From positions 2,515 to 66,514 of the forward strand of contig DXEV01000168.1 of NCBI GenBank assembly GCA_019114785.1: a stretch of 64,000 nucleotides of DNA. Direction: 5' to 3'. Source of the DNA: Candidatus Anaerobiospirillum pullistercoris (GTDB lineage Bacteria > Pseudomonadota > Gammaproteobacteria > Enterobacterales > Succinivibrionaceae). Positions 54,431 to 63,762 of this stretch are shown piece by piece. The notes under the pieces were generated by a model. It was given only the letters and a program-made list of their open reading frames with translations, had not been told where the DNA came from and did no database searches. The translations under genes were made by a program, and so were the position numbers. How positions within the stretch are numbered: the first letter of the stretch is position 1; each line of letters begins with the position of its first letter.

Positions 54431-57151
54431 ATGGTGGATTTAGAGCGTGAAGATCCAATGCTAAAGGCTCCTGTTCAAGACAATGAGCCTGAGCATGATC
54501 AAGATCTTAATGCAGAGGAAGATGGTCGCGAGAACCGTGCACGTAAAAGCAACAATACGGCTGTAGCCTACTCTCATGGTGGCGATCAGAGTCTTTTGCT
54601 GCAAGGCGATGATGATGAGTACTACGACGATGAAGACGACGAGTACTATGACGACGAATACGATGAAGAGTACGACGATGCAGACGCTGATGGCTACACC
54701 GATGATGAGTACTCTGATGATGCTGAGGACTCTGGTGAGTACTCTGCTGATGAGCAACAAGACACTGAAGCCGCACCTGCCAACAAAGTAGTGCAGCAGC
54801 CTTGGGCTCAAGCCATTGGTGCTCCAATTGTGTCTGACTCTGAACCAGATAGTGACGTAGCTGCCGAAGATGCTGACGCTGCTGACGCTGCGGATGCAGC
54901 TGCAGATTCAGCAGCAGCGGCTGTAGATGGGGCTCTATCTAGCGCTAAGAACGCTATCGTGGATAGCGATGAGGCTGATGACTCAGAAGTTGAGTCCAAG
55001 AATACTGGTGCTGCGCTTGCTGAGGGCAGTGATGATAGCGAAGAGAGCTCTGTTACCTTTGCTGACTTGGACTTAAGTGCCCCAGTACTTGCTGCTGTGC
55101 AGCATGAGGGCTTTGAGCAGCCTACTCCAATCCAAATGCGCGCTATCCCTACGATTTTGTCGGGTCGCGATATGATTGGCCAAGCCCAAACCGGTACCGG
55201 TAAGACTGCCGCCTTTGCTCTGCCTATTCTTTCGCGTCTGCCAAAGACTCAGCGTCAGATCTTTGCTGTAGTCTTAGAGCCAACCCGTGAGCTGGCTTTG
55301 CAAGTGGCAGAATCGTTCTCTCGTTTTGCGCACTATATCGACAACTTCCGTGTGGCTCCAATTTACGGTGGCGCTTCTTATGAGAACCAGATCCGTAGCC
55401 TGCGTCATGGAGCTCAAGTCGTAGTAGCCACCCCTGGACGTCTGATTGATCTGATCGAAAAAGGCCGCATGGACTTTTCTGAAGTGAAGTATGTGGTGAT
55501 CGATGAGGCCGATGAGATGTTGCGCATGGGCTTTATCGATGATGTGGATTGGATTTTAGACAAGATCCCAGAGCCTCGTCAGACGGCTTTATTCTCGGCT
55601 ACCATGCCAACCCCAATCCGCCGTATTGCCCATCAGCACTTAGTCAATCCATTAGAAGTGCGGATCCAGTCTCACACCACCACAGCCACCACCGTGCGTC
55701 AGCGCTATTGGGTGGTGTCGGGAGTACACAAGATCGACGCTATGACCCGTATGCTCGAGGTAGAGCCATACGATGCAGTGTTAGTCTTTGTGCGCACTAA
55801 GACTGATGCTGAGGATGTGGCAAATAAGCTGGCAGGTCGTGGTTTAGCTTGTGCTGCTTTACATGGCGATATCCCACAGCGTCAGCGTGAAAAGATCATT
55901 GAGCGCTTAAAGAACGGCTCTCTGGATATCATCATTGCCACCGACGTGGCCGCTCGTGGTCTTGATGTGGATCGTATTACCCACGTCTTTAACTACGATA
56001 TCCCATACGATGCAGAGTCTTACGTGCACCGTATCGGTCGTACTGGCCGTGCCGGTCGTACTGGTGAGGCCATTCTCTTTGTGTCGCCACGTGAGCGTCG
56101 TGCTCTGCGTCAAATTGAGCGCGTTACCCGTCAACATATTGAGCCAATGCGCATGCCAACCATTGCTGACGTCAACAAGCGCCGCTTAGAGAACTTCCGT
56201 AATCAGATTATTGAGACCATTGATGCTGGTGGTTTAGGCGAGTACTTGGAGGTTGTGTCTGACATCCTGTCCGATGACAGCATTGAGCCAGAGTTATTAG
56301 CCGCTGCTTTAGCTAAGATGGCACAGCGTGACGGTTCGTTGCTCTTAGAAGAGTCAGTCCCAGAGCCTAAGATGCGCTCCTTTGATGAGCGTGGGGATCG
56401 TCCTGAGCGTCGCCATGGTGGCCCTTCGGCCGAGCCTGTGCCACTGCGCTCTTTCCCAGACATCAAGATGGTGCGTTATCGCTTAGCTGTTGGTCGCCGC
56501 GATTCGGTCAAGCCAGGTCAGATTGTGGGTGCTATCGCTAACGAGGCCAATATTGAAAGCAAGTATATTGGCGAGATCTCGATTTACGATAGCTTCTCGA
56601 CCGTGGACTTACCTGAGGGTATGCCTCACGAGACCATGAACGTGTTGGCTCGTGCCCGTGTATGTGGTCGTGCCTTAGAGCTGCGTGAGTACACTCAAGA
56701 TCCACCACCACGTCGTCCACGTGCTGAGCGTCCAGAGCGTGGTGAGCGTCCAGAACGCCCAGAGCGTCCGGAGCGTGAGCGCGCAGGTCGTCCAGAGCGC
56801 CGTCGTGGTGATGAGCGCGGCCCACGTTCATATCGTGGCCGTGGATTTGAGGGACGTGGCGGTGAAGATGATCTCTTCTCTTACATGGACGATGGAGAGT
56901 ATCGTCATGAAAAGGGTGATGTAAACGGCAATAGCATCAACTATCAGCCACGCCACAAGTCCGCAGATGAGTACGCTGTGGGTGTAGGCTATGGCTATGA
57001 TATGGGCTTTGGTGGTGGTATGGGCAATGGCCCTAAGAGCTCTAAGCCGCCAAAGCCACGTCGCCGCCCAAGCTTTGATTTAAGCCGTCATGAGCGCAGC
57101 ATGCGTGCCCCAAGTGGTTCACGCCGTCCACGTGCTCCACGTTTCCGTTAG
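54431..57151 (+). CDS. deaD: DEAD-box ATP-dependent RNA helicase DeaD/CsdA type with ~210-aa acidic N-terminal extension and Arg/Pro/Glu-repeat C-tail
   Basis: The Q-motif region is 'FADLDLSAPVLAAVQHEGFEQPTPIQ'. The helicase motifs 'AQTGTGKTAAF', 'PTRELA', 'VIDEADEML', 'SAT', 'ATDVAARGLD' and 'HRIGRTGRAG' are present. A DbpA/DeaD-like C-domain is present ('YRLAVGRRDSVKPGQIVGAIANE'). The start is uncertain (54413 TTG, 54431 ATG or 54458 ATG). Confidence 0.9.
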   Translation: MVDLEREDPMLKAPVQDNEPEHDQDLNAEEDGRENRARKSNNTAVAYSHGGDQSLLLQGDDDEYYDDEDDEYYDDEYDEEYDDADADGYTDDEYSDDAEDSGEYSADEQQDTEAAPANKVVQQPWAQAIGAPIVSDSEPDSDVAAEDADAADAADAAADSAAAAVDGALSSAKNAIVDSDEADDSEVESKNTGAALAEGSDDSEESSVTFADLDLSAPVLAAVQHEGFEQPTPIQMRAIPTILSGRDMIGQAQTGTGKTAAFALPILSRLPKTQRQIFAVVLEPTRELALQVAESFSRFAHYIDNFRVAPIYGGASYENQIRSLRHGAQVVVATPGRLIDLIEKGRMDFSEVKYVVIDEADEMLRMGFIDDVDWILDKIPEPRQTALFSATMPTPIRRIAHQHLVNPLEVRIQSHTTTATTVRQRYWVVSGVHKIDAMTRMLEVEPYDAVLVFVRTKTDAEDVANKLAGRGLACAALHGDIPQRQREKIIERLKNGSLDIIIATDVAARGLDVDRITHVFNYDIPYDAESYVHRIGRTGRAGRTGEAILFVSPRERRALRQIERVTRQHIEPMRMPTIADVNKRRLENFRNQIIETIDAGGLGEYLEVVSDILSDDSIEPELLAAALAKMAQRDGSLLLEESVPEPKMRSFDERGDRPERRHGGPSAEPVPLRSFPDIKMVRYRLAVGRRDSVKPGQIVGAIANEANIESKYIGEISIYDSFSTVDLPEGMPHETMNVLARARVCGRALELREYTQDPPPRRPRAERPERGERPERPERPERERAGRPERRRGDERGPRSYRGRGFEGRGGEDDLFSYMDDGEYRHEKGDVNGNSINYQPRHKSADEYAVGVGYGYDMGFGGGMGNGPKSSKPPKPRRRPSFDLSRHERSMRAPSGSRRPRAPRFR

Positions 57152-57195
57152 AGCTTAGTTTTGACAGTGCAGGTGTTGCGCCTGCGATAGAAAAA

Positions 57196-57221
57196 GGGGA
57201 GCGTTATTGCTCCCCTTTTTC
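57196..57221 (+). terminator. Intrinsic terminator after deaD
   Basis: GGGGAGC (57196-57202) pairs with GCTCCCC (57209-57215) around the loop GTTATT. TTTTT follows. Confidence 0.8.
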
Positions 57222-57300
57222 GTGACTGCCGCTGCTGGGCGGGTAGCTCAGCTGCGGCTGTGGCTGGGCGGAGCTCTGCTCATCTGAGCTGAGCTTAGGG

Positions 57301-58473
57301 CTAACTGATCTTTGGTGGTTTGCTTACAAAGAACAGCAAGATGGTACCCACCACGGCAATGCCCAAACCGACCTCGTAGATGAGCAGGTAAGTACCTCCA
57401 GCGGCTAAGGAGATCATGGCACCACCTGCGATCTGGCCTGCGGTCGAAGAGTTAATGAAGAGCGAAGTGGATTGCCCAGGAATGGTAGGCAGTAGCTCTT
57501 GGAAAAACACCATGCCCATGGTGCCGACAAAGGCAATAAAGGTGGCAGAGAAGAGCTGAATGCACATGATTAGCTCAAAACTGCGTACAAAGTAAAACAG
57601 GATTAAGAAAATACACAGCGCGGCTGAACCTAAGATCACCACTGCTTTTAAACCGATGTACTTAGCCAGACGCGCGGCCACAAACATCAGTGGGATCTCT
57701 AAGAAAGCAGCTAAGCCCATGATATAGCTTGGCAGCTCCTTGGCCATGTGTAGCTCTTGGGTTAAGAAGAGTGGCATGGTTGTGATGTACGAGGAGAATG
57801 CGGTTGAGATCATGGCATTGGCCACACACAACAACATCACAGAGCGATTAGTCCACCACTTAATGCGTGCTTCTTCTGCCGTCTTTTTTCTTTCCATTAC
57901 ATTAGGCAGAAAGAAGAAGCTGGTGAGACCAACCAAGATGAACATGGTAGCCGAGGTGATGAAGAGTGTGTTAAAGCTAGCACCAAAGGCAATGCCGAAA
58001 GCCAATGGTGGGCCCACTACCCATGAGAGCGAGGTCATGGCACGCATGACGGTAGTGAACATGATGGCACCATTGAGATGCTTTTCTGCGTACTCACGAG
58101 CCGAAGCAAAGATCTGCGGAAAGGACACTGGATAAGAGGACAAGCAGATCAGACCAATAGTGCACAGCACTAAAAAGCTCGGGCGTAAGATCAGAATAAT
58201 GGAGCTGGCGATACCAAAGAGGGCCGATATGCAGATAATGGTCGGTCGCTGCAAGCCCATGTCGGAAAAACGCGCTACAGTCTGCACCACTAAGATGGTG
58301 CCGATTGGCAGCAGGATAAATAAGATCGAGATATAGATAGGGGATAGCCCCAGCTCAGTGTTAAAGAAGTAAGAGAGCACTGGGTTAAAAAGCGAGCCTG
58401 AGGCCGCAATGAGCAGGCTCATCGAGATATATACAAAGACTGAGCCTTTCTTATTAGCTCCAAAAGTTTGCAT
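57301..58473 (-). CDS. MFS sugar-efflux transporter, SetA/SetB/SotB-like (paralog 1)
   Basis: 390 aa, 12-TM MFS. 'FPQIFASAREYAEKHLNGAIMFTTVMRAMTSLSWVVGPPLAF' aligns by eye with the Set-family signature region. Confidence 0.8.
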   Translation of the reverse strand: MQTFGANKKGSVFVYISMSLLIAASGSLFNPVLSYFFNTELGLSPIYISILFILLPIGTILVVQTVARFSDMGLQRPTIICISALFGIASSIILILRPSFLVLCTIGLICLSSYPVSFPQIFASAREYAEKHLNGAIMFTTVMRAMTSLSWVVGPPLAFGIAFGASFNTLFITSATMFILVGLTSFFFLPNVMERKKTAEEARIKWWTNRSVMLLCVANAMISTAFSSYITTMPLFLTQELHMAKELPSYIMGLAAFLEIPLMFVAARLAKYIGLKAVVILGSAALCIFLILFYFVRSFELIMCIQLFSATFIAFVGTMGMVFFQELLPTIPGQSTSLFINSSTAGQIAGGAMISLAAGGTYLLIYEVGLGIAVVGTILLFFVSKPPKIS

Positions 58474-58579
58474 GACATTCTCCGCCTAAAAGCGAGGTAT
58501 ATGCCTCACATTGTGCCGTTCTCAGCTGTTCTCTAACTGCAATTTCGACACTTTGCTCTGACTGCGGTGCAGCTTACCC

Positions 58580-58725
58580 TGCTGCCAGCAGGGCCGCTTG
58601 GCCAGCTGGGCCAGCAGGCCCAGCAGAGCTGGGCTGGGGCTGTGGTCAGGCCAGTAGGGCCGCTAGGCCAGCAGGGGCTGTGGTCAGGCCAGAGCCTGCT
58701 GGTAATAGCAGGCTAGGCCTGATGG
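58580..58725. repeat. GC-rich short-repeat cluster between the two MFS paralogs
   Basis: GGGGCTGTGGTCAGGCCAG occurs at 58636 and 58674. GGCCGCT(T/A)GGCCAGC occurs twice. There are multiple CCAGCAGG copies. Confidence 0.6.
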
Positions 58726-58734
58726 GACTTGGTC

Positions 58735-59907
58735 TTAATTAATTTTTGGTGGCTTGCTGACTAGGAATAAAAGCAAGGAACCTGCAATGGCTACGGCTCC
58801 ACCGACTACGTAAATGATGAGGTAGGAACCGCCTGAGGCTAAGGAGATCAGTGCACCACCGATGATCTGACCTGCGGTTGATGAATTGATATATAGAGAG
58901 GTCGCCTGTCCAGGGATCGAAGGAAGCAGCTCTTGGAAAAACACCATGCCCATGCTGGCTACAAATGCAATGAAGAGAGCTGAGAAGAACTGTATGAATA
59001 GCATATGCTCAAAAGTCTTTGCATGATAGAGCAGCACCAAGAAAATGCACAGTGATACAGCACCAATGATCACCACGGCCTTGAGACCAATGCTCTTGGC
59101 CAAGCGCGCAGCGAGGAACATGAGTGGGATCTCTAAAAAGGCAGCTAAGCCTAACATATAGCCTGGTAACTCGGTGGCTAATTTGAGCTCTTGGGTCACT
59201 AACAGTGGCATGGTAGTGATGTACGAGGAAAAAGCAGTGAAGAGACAGGCAATAGAGATGCACAGCAACATCACCGAGCGATTAGTCCACCACTTAATGT
59301 GCGCGTCGGTACTTGCCTTGCTCTTCTCCATCACATTAGGCAGAAAGAAGAAGCTGGTCACACCCACCAAGCAAAACATGACAGCTGTAGTGATGAACAG
59401 CATGTTAAAGCTCACACCTAAGGCAATGGCGTAGGCCATAGGAGGGCCGATCACCCATGACAGTGAGGCCAGAGAGCGCAAAAAGGTCGTGAACATAATG
59501 GAGCCGTGCACATATTTGACGGCGTATTCACGAGCTGAAGCAAAGATCTGAGGGAACGACACTGGGTATGAAGCAAGGCACAGCAGGCCAATGGTGCACA
59601 GCACTAAAAAGCTAGGGCGCATGAGCAGGATAAAGGAGCTGGCGATACCAAAGGTTGAGGCAATGCAGATAATAGCTGGGCGCTGCAAGCCCATGTCAGA
59701 AAAACGGGCTACAGTTTGCACCACAATAATGGTGGCGATTGGCAGCATGATGAAAAAGGCCGAAATGTGCAGCGGCGATAATCCTAGCTCTGTATTGAGG
59801 TAATACGAAAGCACAGGGTTGAAGAGTGAGCTTGAAGCCGCAATAAGCAAGCACATGGCGATATAGGTGGTGATTGAGCCTTTTTTCTTGGCTCCAAGTG
59901 TCTGCAT
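58735..59907 (-). CDS. MFS sugar-efflux transporter, SetA/SetB/SotB-like (paralog 2)
   Basis: 390 aa and colinear with the 57301-58473 product. The two share the same N-terminus 'MQT(L/F)GA(K/N)KKGS' and the same C-terminus 'VSKPPKI(N/S)'. By-eye identity is roughly two-thirds or more. Confidence 0.8.
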   Translation of the reverse strand: MQTLGAKKKGSITTYIAMCLLIAASSSLFNPVLSYYLNTELGLSPLHISAFFIMLPIATIIVVQTVARFSDMGLQRPAIICIASTFGIASSFILLMRPSFLVLCTIGLLCLASYPVSFPQIFASAREYAVKYVHGSIMFTTFLRSLASLSWVIGPPMAYAIALGVSFNMLFITTAVMFCLVGVTSFFFLPNVMEKSKASTDAHIKWWTNRSVMLLCISIACLFTAFSSYITTMPLLVTQELKLATELPGYMLGLAAFLEIPLMFLAARLAKSIGLKAVVIIGAVSLCIFLVLLYHAKTFEHMLFIQFFSALFIAFVASMGMVFFQELLPSIPGQATSLYINSSTAGQIIGGALISLASGGSYLIIYVVGGAVAIAGSLLLFLVSKPPKIN

Positions 59908-60308
59908 ATTTTCCTCAGATGGTGGTCTTTGCTGTTACTCCCTCGACTGCCAAAAGAAACGTTTCATGCATCTGGGAGTTACTGGTCAGAGCTGTGTTGT
60001 TTTGTGCAGCGCAATGCTAAAGACAAATGTGAGGGAATGCAAGATCTTCCAAATTTTGTTTCTTGACGCTAGCTGCAAGCCCCAAGAATCAAGGCAATTG
60101 CTAAAGGTAGTGTGGCTTTAGGCATTACTTTTGCTCCTTGTATACTAGATATACATTTTTGCTGAGAGCGTGGCCTTTGTGCCGCTCTTAGTTTGAGGAT
60201 AATTTCCTGCAAGTGTCAGGATAAAGTAGAGCACTTTTTAGGTTAAAAAGAAATGGAGCCGCAAAGCTGTAGGTGAGCTAAAGCCTAGCTGCAACAAATC
60301 GAGAGAGT

Positions 60309-61223
60309 GTGTCTAAGGAGAGCAAATTGACAACAGATGCCAAGGAGTTAGCTCAATTAACTCGAGAGCATGGCCGTAAGTTAGCCAGTGGTGATGTCTT
60401 ACCTGCAATTGGTTTTGGCACCTATGCTTTACCCGATGGTACTGATGCGGTTAAAGCTGTAGCGCAAGCAGTGCTCTGTGGTTATCGCTCTTTTGATTGC
60501 GCTGCTTTTTACGGTAACGAGTCTTTGGTTGGTCGTGGCCTGCGCTTAGGAGCCAGCAAAGCTGAGCTTAAGCGTGAGGATTTCTTTGTCACCTCTAAGG
60601 TTTGGCCAACACAGCTTGGCTACCAAAAGACCATGGACGCCTTTTTTAAGAGCTTAAACGATCTCGATGTGGACTATATGGATCTGTACCTGATCCATTG
60701 GCCTGCTAATGCTCGTAGCCACGAAAATTGGAATGAGCTTAACCTCTCTACATGGAAAGCCATGGTGCAGCTGTACGAAGAGGGCTATGTGCGCTCGATC
60801 GGTGTCTCTAATTTTAAAGAGCATCACTTACGCTCGCTGCTCGATACCCGCGTCCCTCCAATGGTCAATCAGCTTGAGGTGCATCCTGGTTTTTCTCAGC
60901 AGTCATTGCGTCAGTTCTGTCGCATGATGGGGATCGTGGTTGAGGGGTGGAGCCCATTTGGCAGAGCACGCATTCTTCAGCATGAGCTCTTGCAGCAACT
61001 GGCTCAAAAGTACCAGCGCGCACCAACGCAGATCTGCCTTCGCTTTGCTCTGCAATTAGGGGTAGTGCCTTTACCAAAGGCTACCAATATGAATCACATG
61101 CGAGATAACTTGCAGATCTTTGATTTTGAGCTGGAGTCTAGCGATATGGAGCTCTTGCTCTCACTGGATCGCGATCAGATCGGCTTTTCTGGTGAAGACA
61201 GCGACCTGTTGACCTTTAGTTAG
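60309..61223 (+). CDS. Aldo/keto reductase (DkgA/2,5-diketo-D-gluconate reductase-like)
   Basis: 'IGFGTYALPDG', 'FDCAAFYGNE', 'DLYLIHWP', 'SIGVSNF' and 'NQLEVHP' are AKR catalytic-tetrad contexts. The start codon is uncertain (GTG 60309). Confidence 0.85.
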   Translation: MSKESKLTTDAKELAQLTREHGRKLASGDVLPAIGFGTYALPDGTDAVKAVAQAVLCGYRSFDCAAFYGNESLVGRGLRLGASKAELKREDFFVTSKVWPTQLGYQKTMDAFFKSLNDLDVDYMDLYLIHWPANARSHENWNELNLSTWKAMVQLYEEGYVRSIGVSNFKEHHLRSLLDTRVPPMVNQLEVHPGFSQQSLRQFCRMMGIVVEGWSPFGRARILQHELLQQLAQKYQRAPTQICLRFALQLGVVPLPKATNMNHMRDNLQIFDFELESSDMELLLSLDRDQIGFSGEDSDLLTFS

Positions 61224-61391
61224 GCCAAGCTGTTAAGCCAAAATGGGTACGGCTTAGCTGCCTGTTGGCAGGGCTAAACCCTTGAGGTAGTGGCGGGAGT
61301 GACAAGCATGCCAGCTGGGGCATGCTTGCTTGAACCAGCTTAAGTCTGCTTAAGCTGGCAGGCGGCTTGGTCTGGCCTAGCTTGGCCTAGC

Positions 61392-63047
61392 CTAGGCGAT
61401 GCGCTTGAGGCGGGCCATGTAGAAGCCATCAAAGCCGCTCGATGGGAGAATGGACTTCTCCTCTTCAAGCTCAAATTGATAGCCGTGCTTCTCAAGGAAA
61501 GCCTGCACCTGAGCGTGGTTTTCGCTTGGCAGGAAGGAGCAGGTCGAATAGATCACCTTACCACCCACCTTAGCCATGAGACTGTATCGCTCTAAGATGT
61601 CGGCTTGAGTCTTCTTCAGCTCGATCATACGAGGCTGTGGGTCTGACCACTTACCATCAGGATTGCGGCGTAACACTCCTAAGCCCGAGCAAGGGGCATC
61701 GATCAGCACACGATCGGCGTGCTCATGAAGACGCTTGATCACCTTGGTGGAATCAATGAGACGGGTGTCGATGTTAAAGGCACCGGCACGCTTGGCGCGC
61801 TTCTTTAAGTCCTCTAACTTCCAGCCCTCGATATCCAGCGCAATCAGAGTACCCTTACCTTCCATTAAAGCTGCAAGGTGTAAGGTTTTACCACCGGAGC
61901 CTGCGCAGGCATCAATGACGCGCATGCCAGGGGCGGCCTCAACAAAAGGAGCGATCTCCTGAGAGCCCGCATCTTGTTGCTCAAACAAGCCATTCTTAAA
62001 GGCCACAGTGCGGAATAAGGCGGCATTAGAGGTCACTTCTAAAGCAGTGTTGACGCCCTTGACTGACTTAGTGACCACGCCTTCCTCACTTAAAGCTGAA
62101 GCCAGTTCATCGCGGGTGCACTTTAAGGTGTTAACGCGAATGAAGCGTGGAGCAGCCTCACCTAAGGCCTTACGCTCAGCAGGCCAAGCCTCTTTGAGCT
62201 CACGCGAGCCCAGCTCTTCCAGCCAATATGGGCAACCCTCACGGAATAAGGTGTGCTCTAAAGCGGCAGTAACTTTTTTGTCGAGGCCGGAGCGCTCCAT
62301 ACCATCAGGATCCATCTCTGGCCATGGCCAGCGCTCTACAGTGTAGTAGGCAAGGATCAGGCGATTGATGTGACGCTCAAAGTCCGAAGGACGCTTTAAG
62401 TTGGCGATCTCTGCAAAGAGCGAGAGACGGCGGAACATGGCGTTGATGTGACGGATGACAAAGCCTTGCTCGACAGCTGGGATCTTGACCTTAGCAAACC
62501 AGTAGGCATAGGCCTTATCAAGCGACTTCTTTTCCACCAAGACGCTGTTTAAGATGCTGCTGACCAAGCGCAGTTGGAAAGTGGTAAAGCCAGGCTTGTG
62601 AGGAGCACGCTCCGCAACGATCTCCTTGCGTTTTGGCATACCTGCACGCAGCTTACGAGCACCAGCGCTCTCGCTAAAGTGGCCTTCACGGCGCTGACTA
62701 AAGCGCGATTGTGCATTACGATTGCTGGCAGTTGATACTGCTGAATCTGCACGGCCATTGCGTGCACCACGTGAGCTTGAGCTTTTGTGCTCATGCAGGT
62801 GCACTGGATCGTGAGCATGGCTGTGACCATGACCATGACCATGATCACCAGAATAGACGGAGCCACCTAAGTTGGCACCTTCAGGGTGATGAGGGTTAAA
62901 AACGCGGCCGCTCTTGTTGTTGTTTTGGTGAGGGCCAGAGAAATTACTAGCACGATTCTTAGCGCTAAAAGAGGAGCGCTTTAGGCGGTTAGAGGTCTTG
63001 GCATCAAAAGGCATGAAATGTTTCGGCGCTCCAACCTCTAGTCTCAT
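61392..63047 (-). CDS. RsmB/NOP2/Sun-family RNA (cytosine-C5) methyltransferase with ~150-aa basic, His/Gly-rich N-terminal extension
   Basis: The SAM motif is 'VIDACAGSGGKTLHLAAL'. The catalytic motifs are 'VLIDAPCSGLGVLRRNPD' (motif IV, PC) and 'VIYSTCS' (motif VI, TC). The N-terminus includes 'GDHGHGHGHSHAHDPVHLHEH'. Confidence 0.8.
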   Translation of the reverse strand: MRLEVGAPKHFMPFDAKTSNRLKRSSFSAKNRASNFSGPHQNNNKSGRVFNPHHPEGANLGGSVYSGDHGHGHGHSHAHDPVHLHEHKSSSSRGARNGRADSAVSTASNRNAQSRFSQRREGHFSESAGARKLRAGMPKRKEIVAERAPHKPGFTTFQLRLVSSILNSVLVEKKSLDKAYAYWFAKVKIPAVEQGFVIRHINAMFRRLSLFAEIANLKRPSDFERHINRLILAYYTVERWPWPEMDPDGMERSGLDKKVTAALEHTLFREGCPYWLEELGSRELKEAWPAERKALGEAAPRFIRVNTLKCTRDELASALSEEGVVTKSVKGVNTALEVTSNAALFRTVAFKNGLFEQQDAGSQEIAPFVEAAPGMRVIDACAGSGGKTLHLAALMEGKGTLIALDIEGWKLEDLKKRAKRAGAFNIDTRLIDSTKVIKRLHEHADRVLIDAPCSGLGVLRRNPDGKWSDPQPRMIELKKTQADILERYSLMAKVGGKVIYSTCSFLPSENHAQVQAFLEKHGYQFELEEEKSILPSSGFDGFYMARLKRIA

Positions 63048-63762
63048 TGATGAGGACTCTCATTGTTGATGAGGACGCGCCGCCTCCTAAGAAAGAAAAA
63101 CTCAAGCAAACCGCCATTATATCACGTATAGCGGCTTTTTATCGCGACGCGTCGCGACGCGTCGCGTCATGACAGGACTGTCTGCCTGTCTGCTGACAGG
63201 CTTACCAGTCAGCCTGCATAACAGGCTTACCAGCAGGGCGGGCTGGCCTGCATGGCTCTCAGCCGCCACAAGGCGGCCTAAGTGCCAGTGAGGCAGCTGA
63301 CAGCAGGCTGTCTCAGTCTGTTGCATTGGATTGGGGCGAGCTAACTGCCTCGTCCTCTCAATTCGTGACTCATTACCCATTTTTGGGCAGAAGTGAAAAA
63401 AGATCACAAACTTTGCTGCAAAAATCACAGTACTGAGCCGCTAGGCTTTCTATACTTTATATGTTCGTGTAGTCTTAGTCTCTCTTTTTTCATTTCCCCT
63501 AAGTTGTGCACCTAATACCACAACAGTTTATGCTTGGCAGTGCGTTGCAGGCGTTGCGCTGTAAGCGTTGCGTTGCAAGCGTTGCTCTGCTGGGGTATAG
63601 CTACCCATGGGCAGAGTCAGCTAGGGGTGTTTGTCTCTAATTTAGAGGTGGGTCTGCGGCTAAATTCCTTTTCTGTTTGTCTGGGCATTTGTCTGCCCGA
63701 GTTCACTTACCATATCGTATTGTTCTGAATGACTTGGAGCGCGGGAGCAAGGAGAAAACGCC

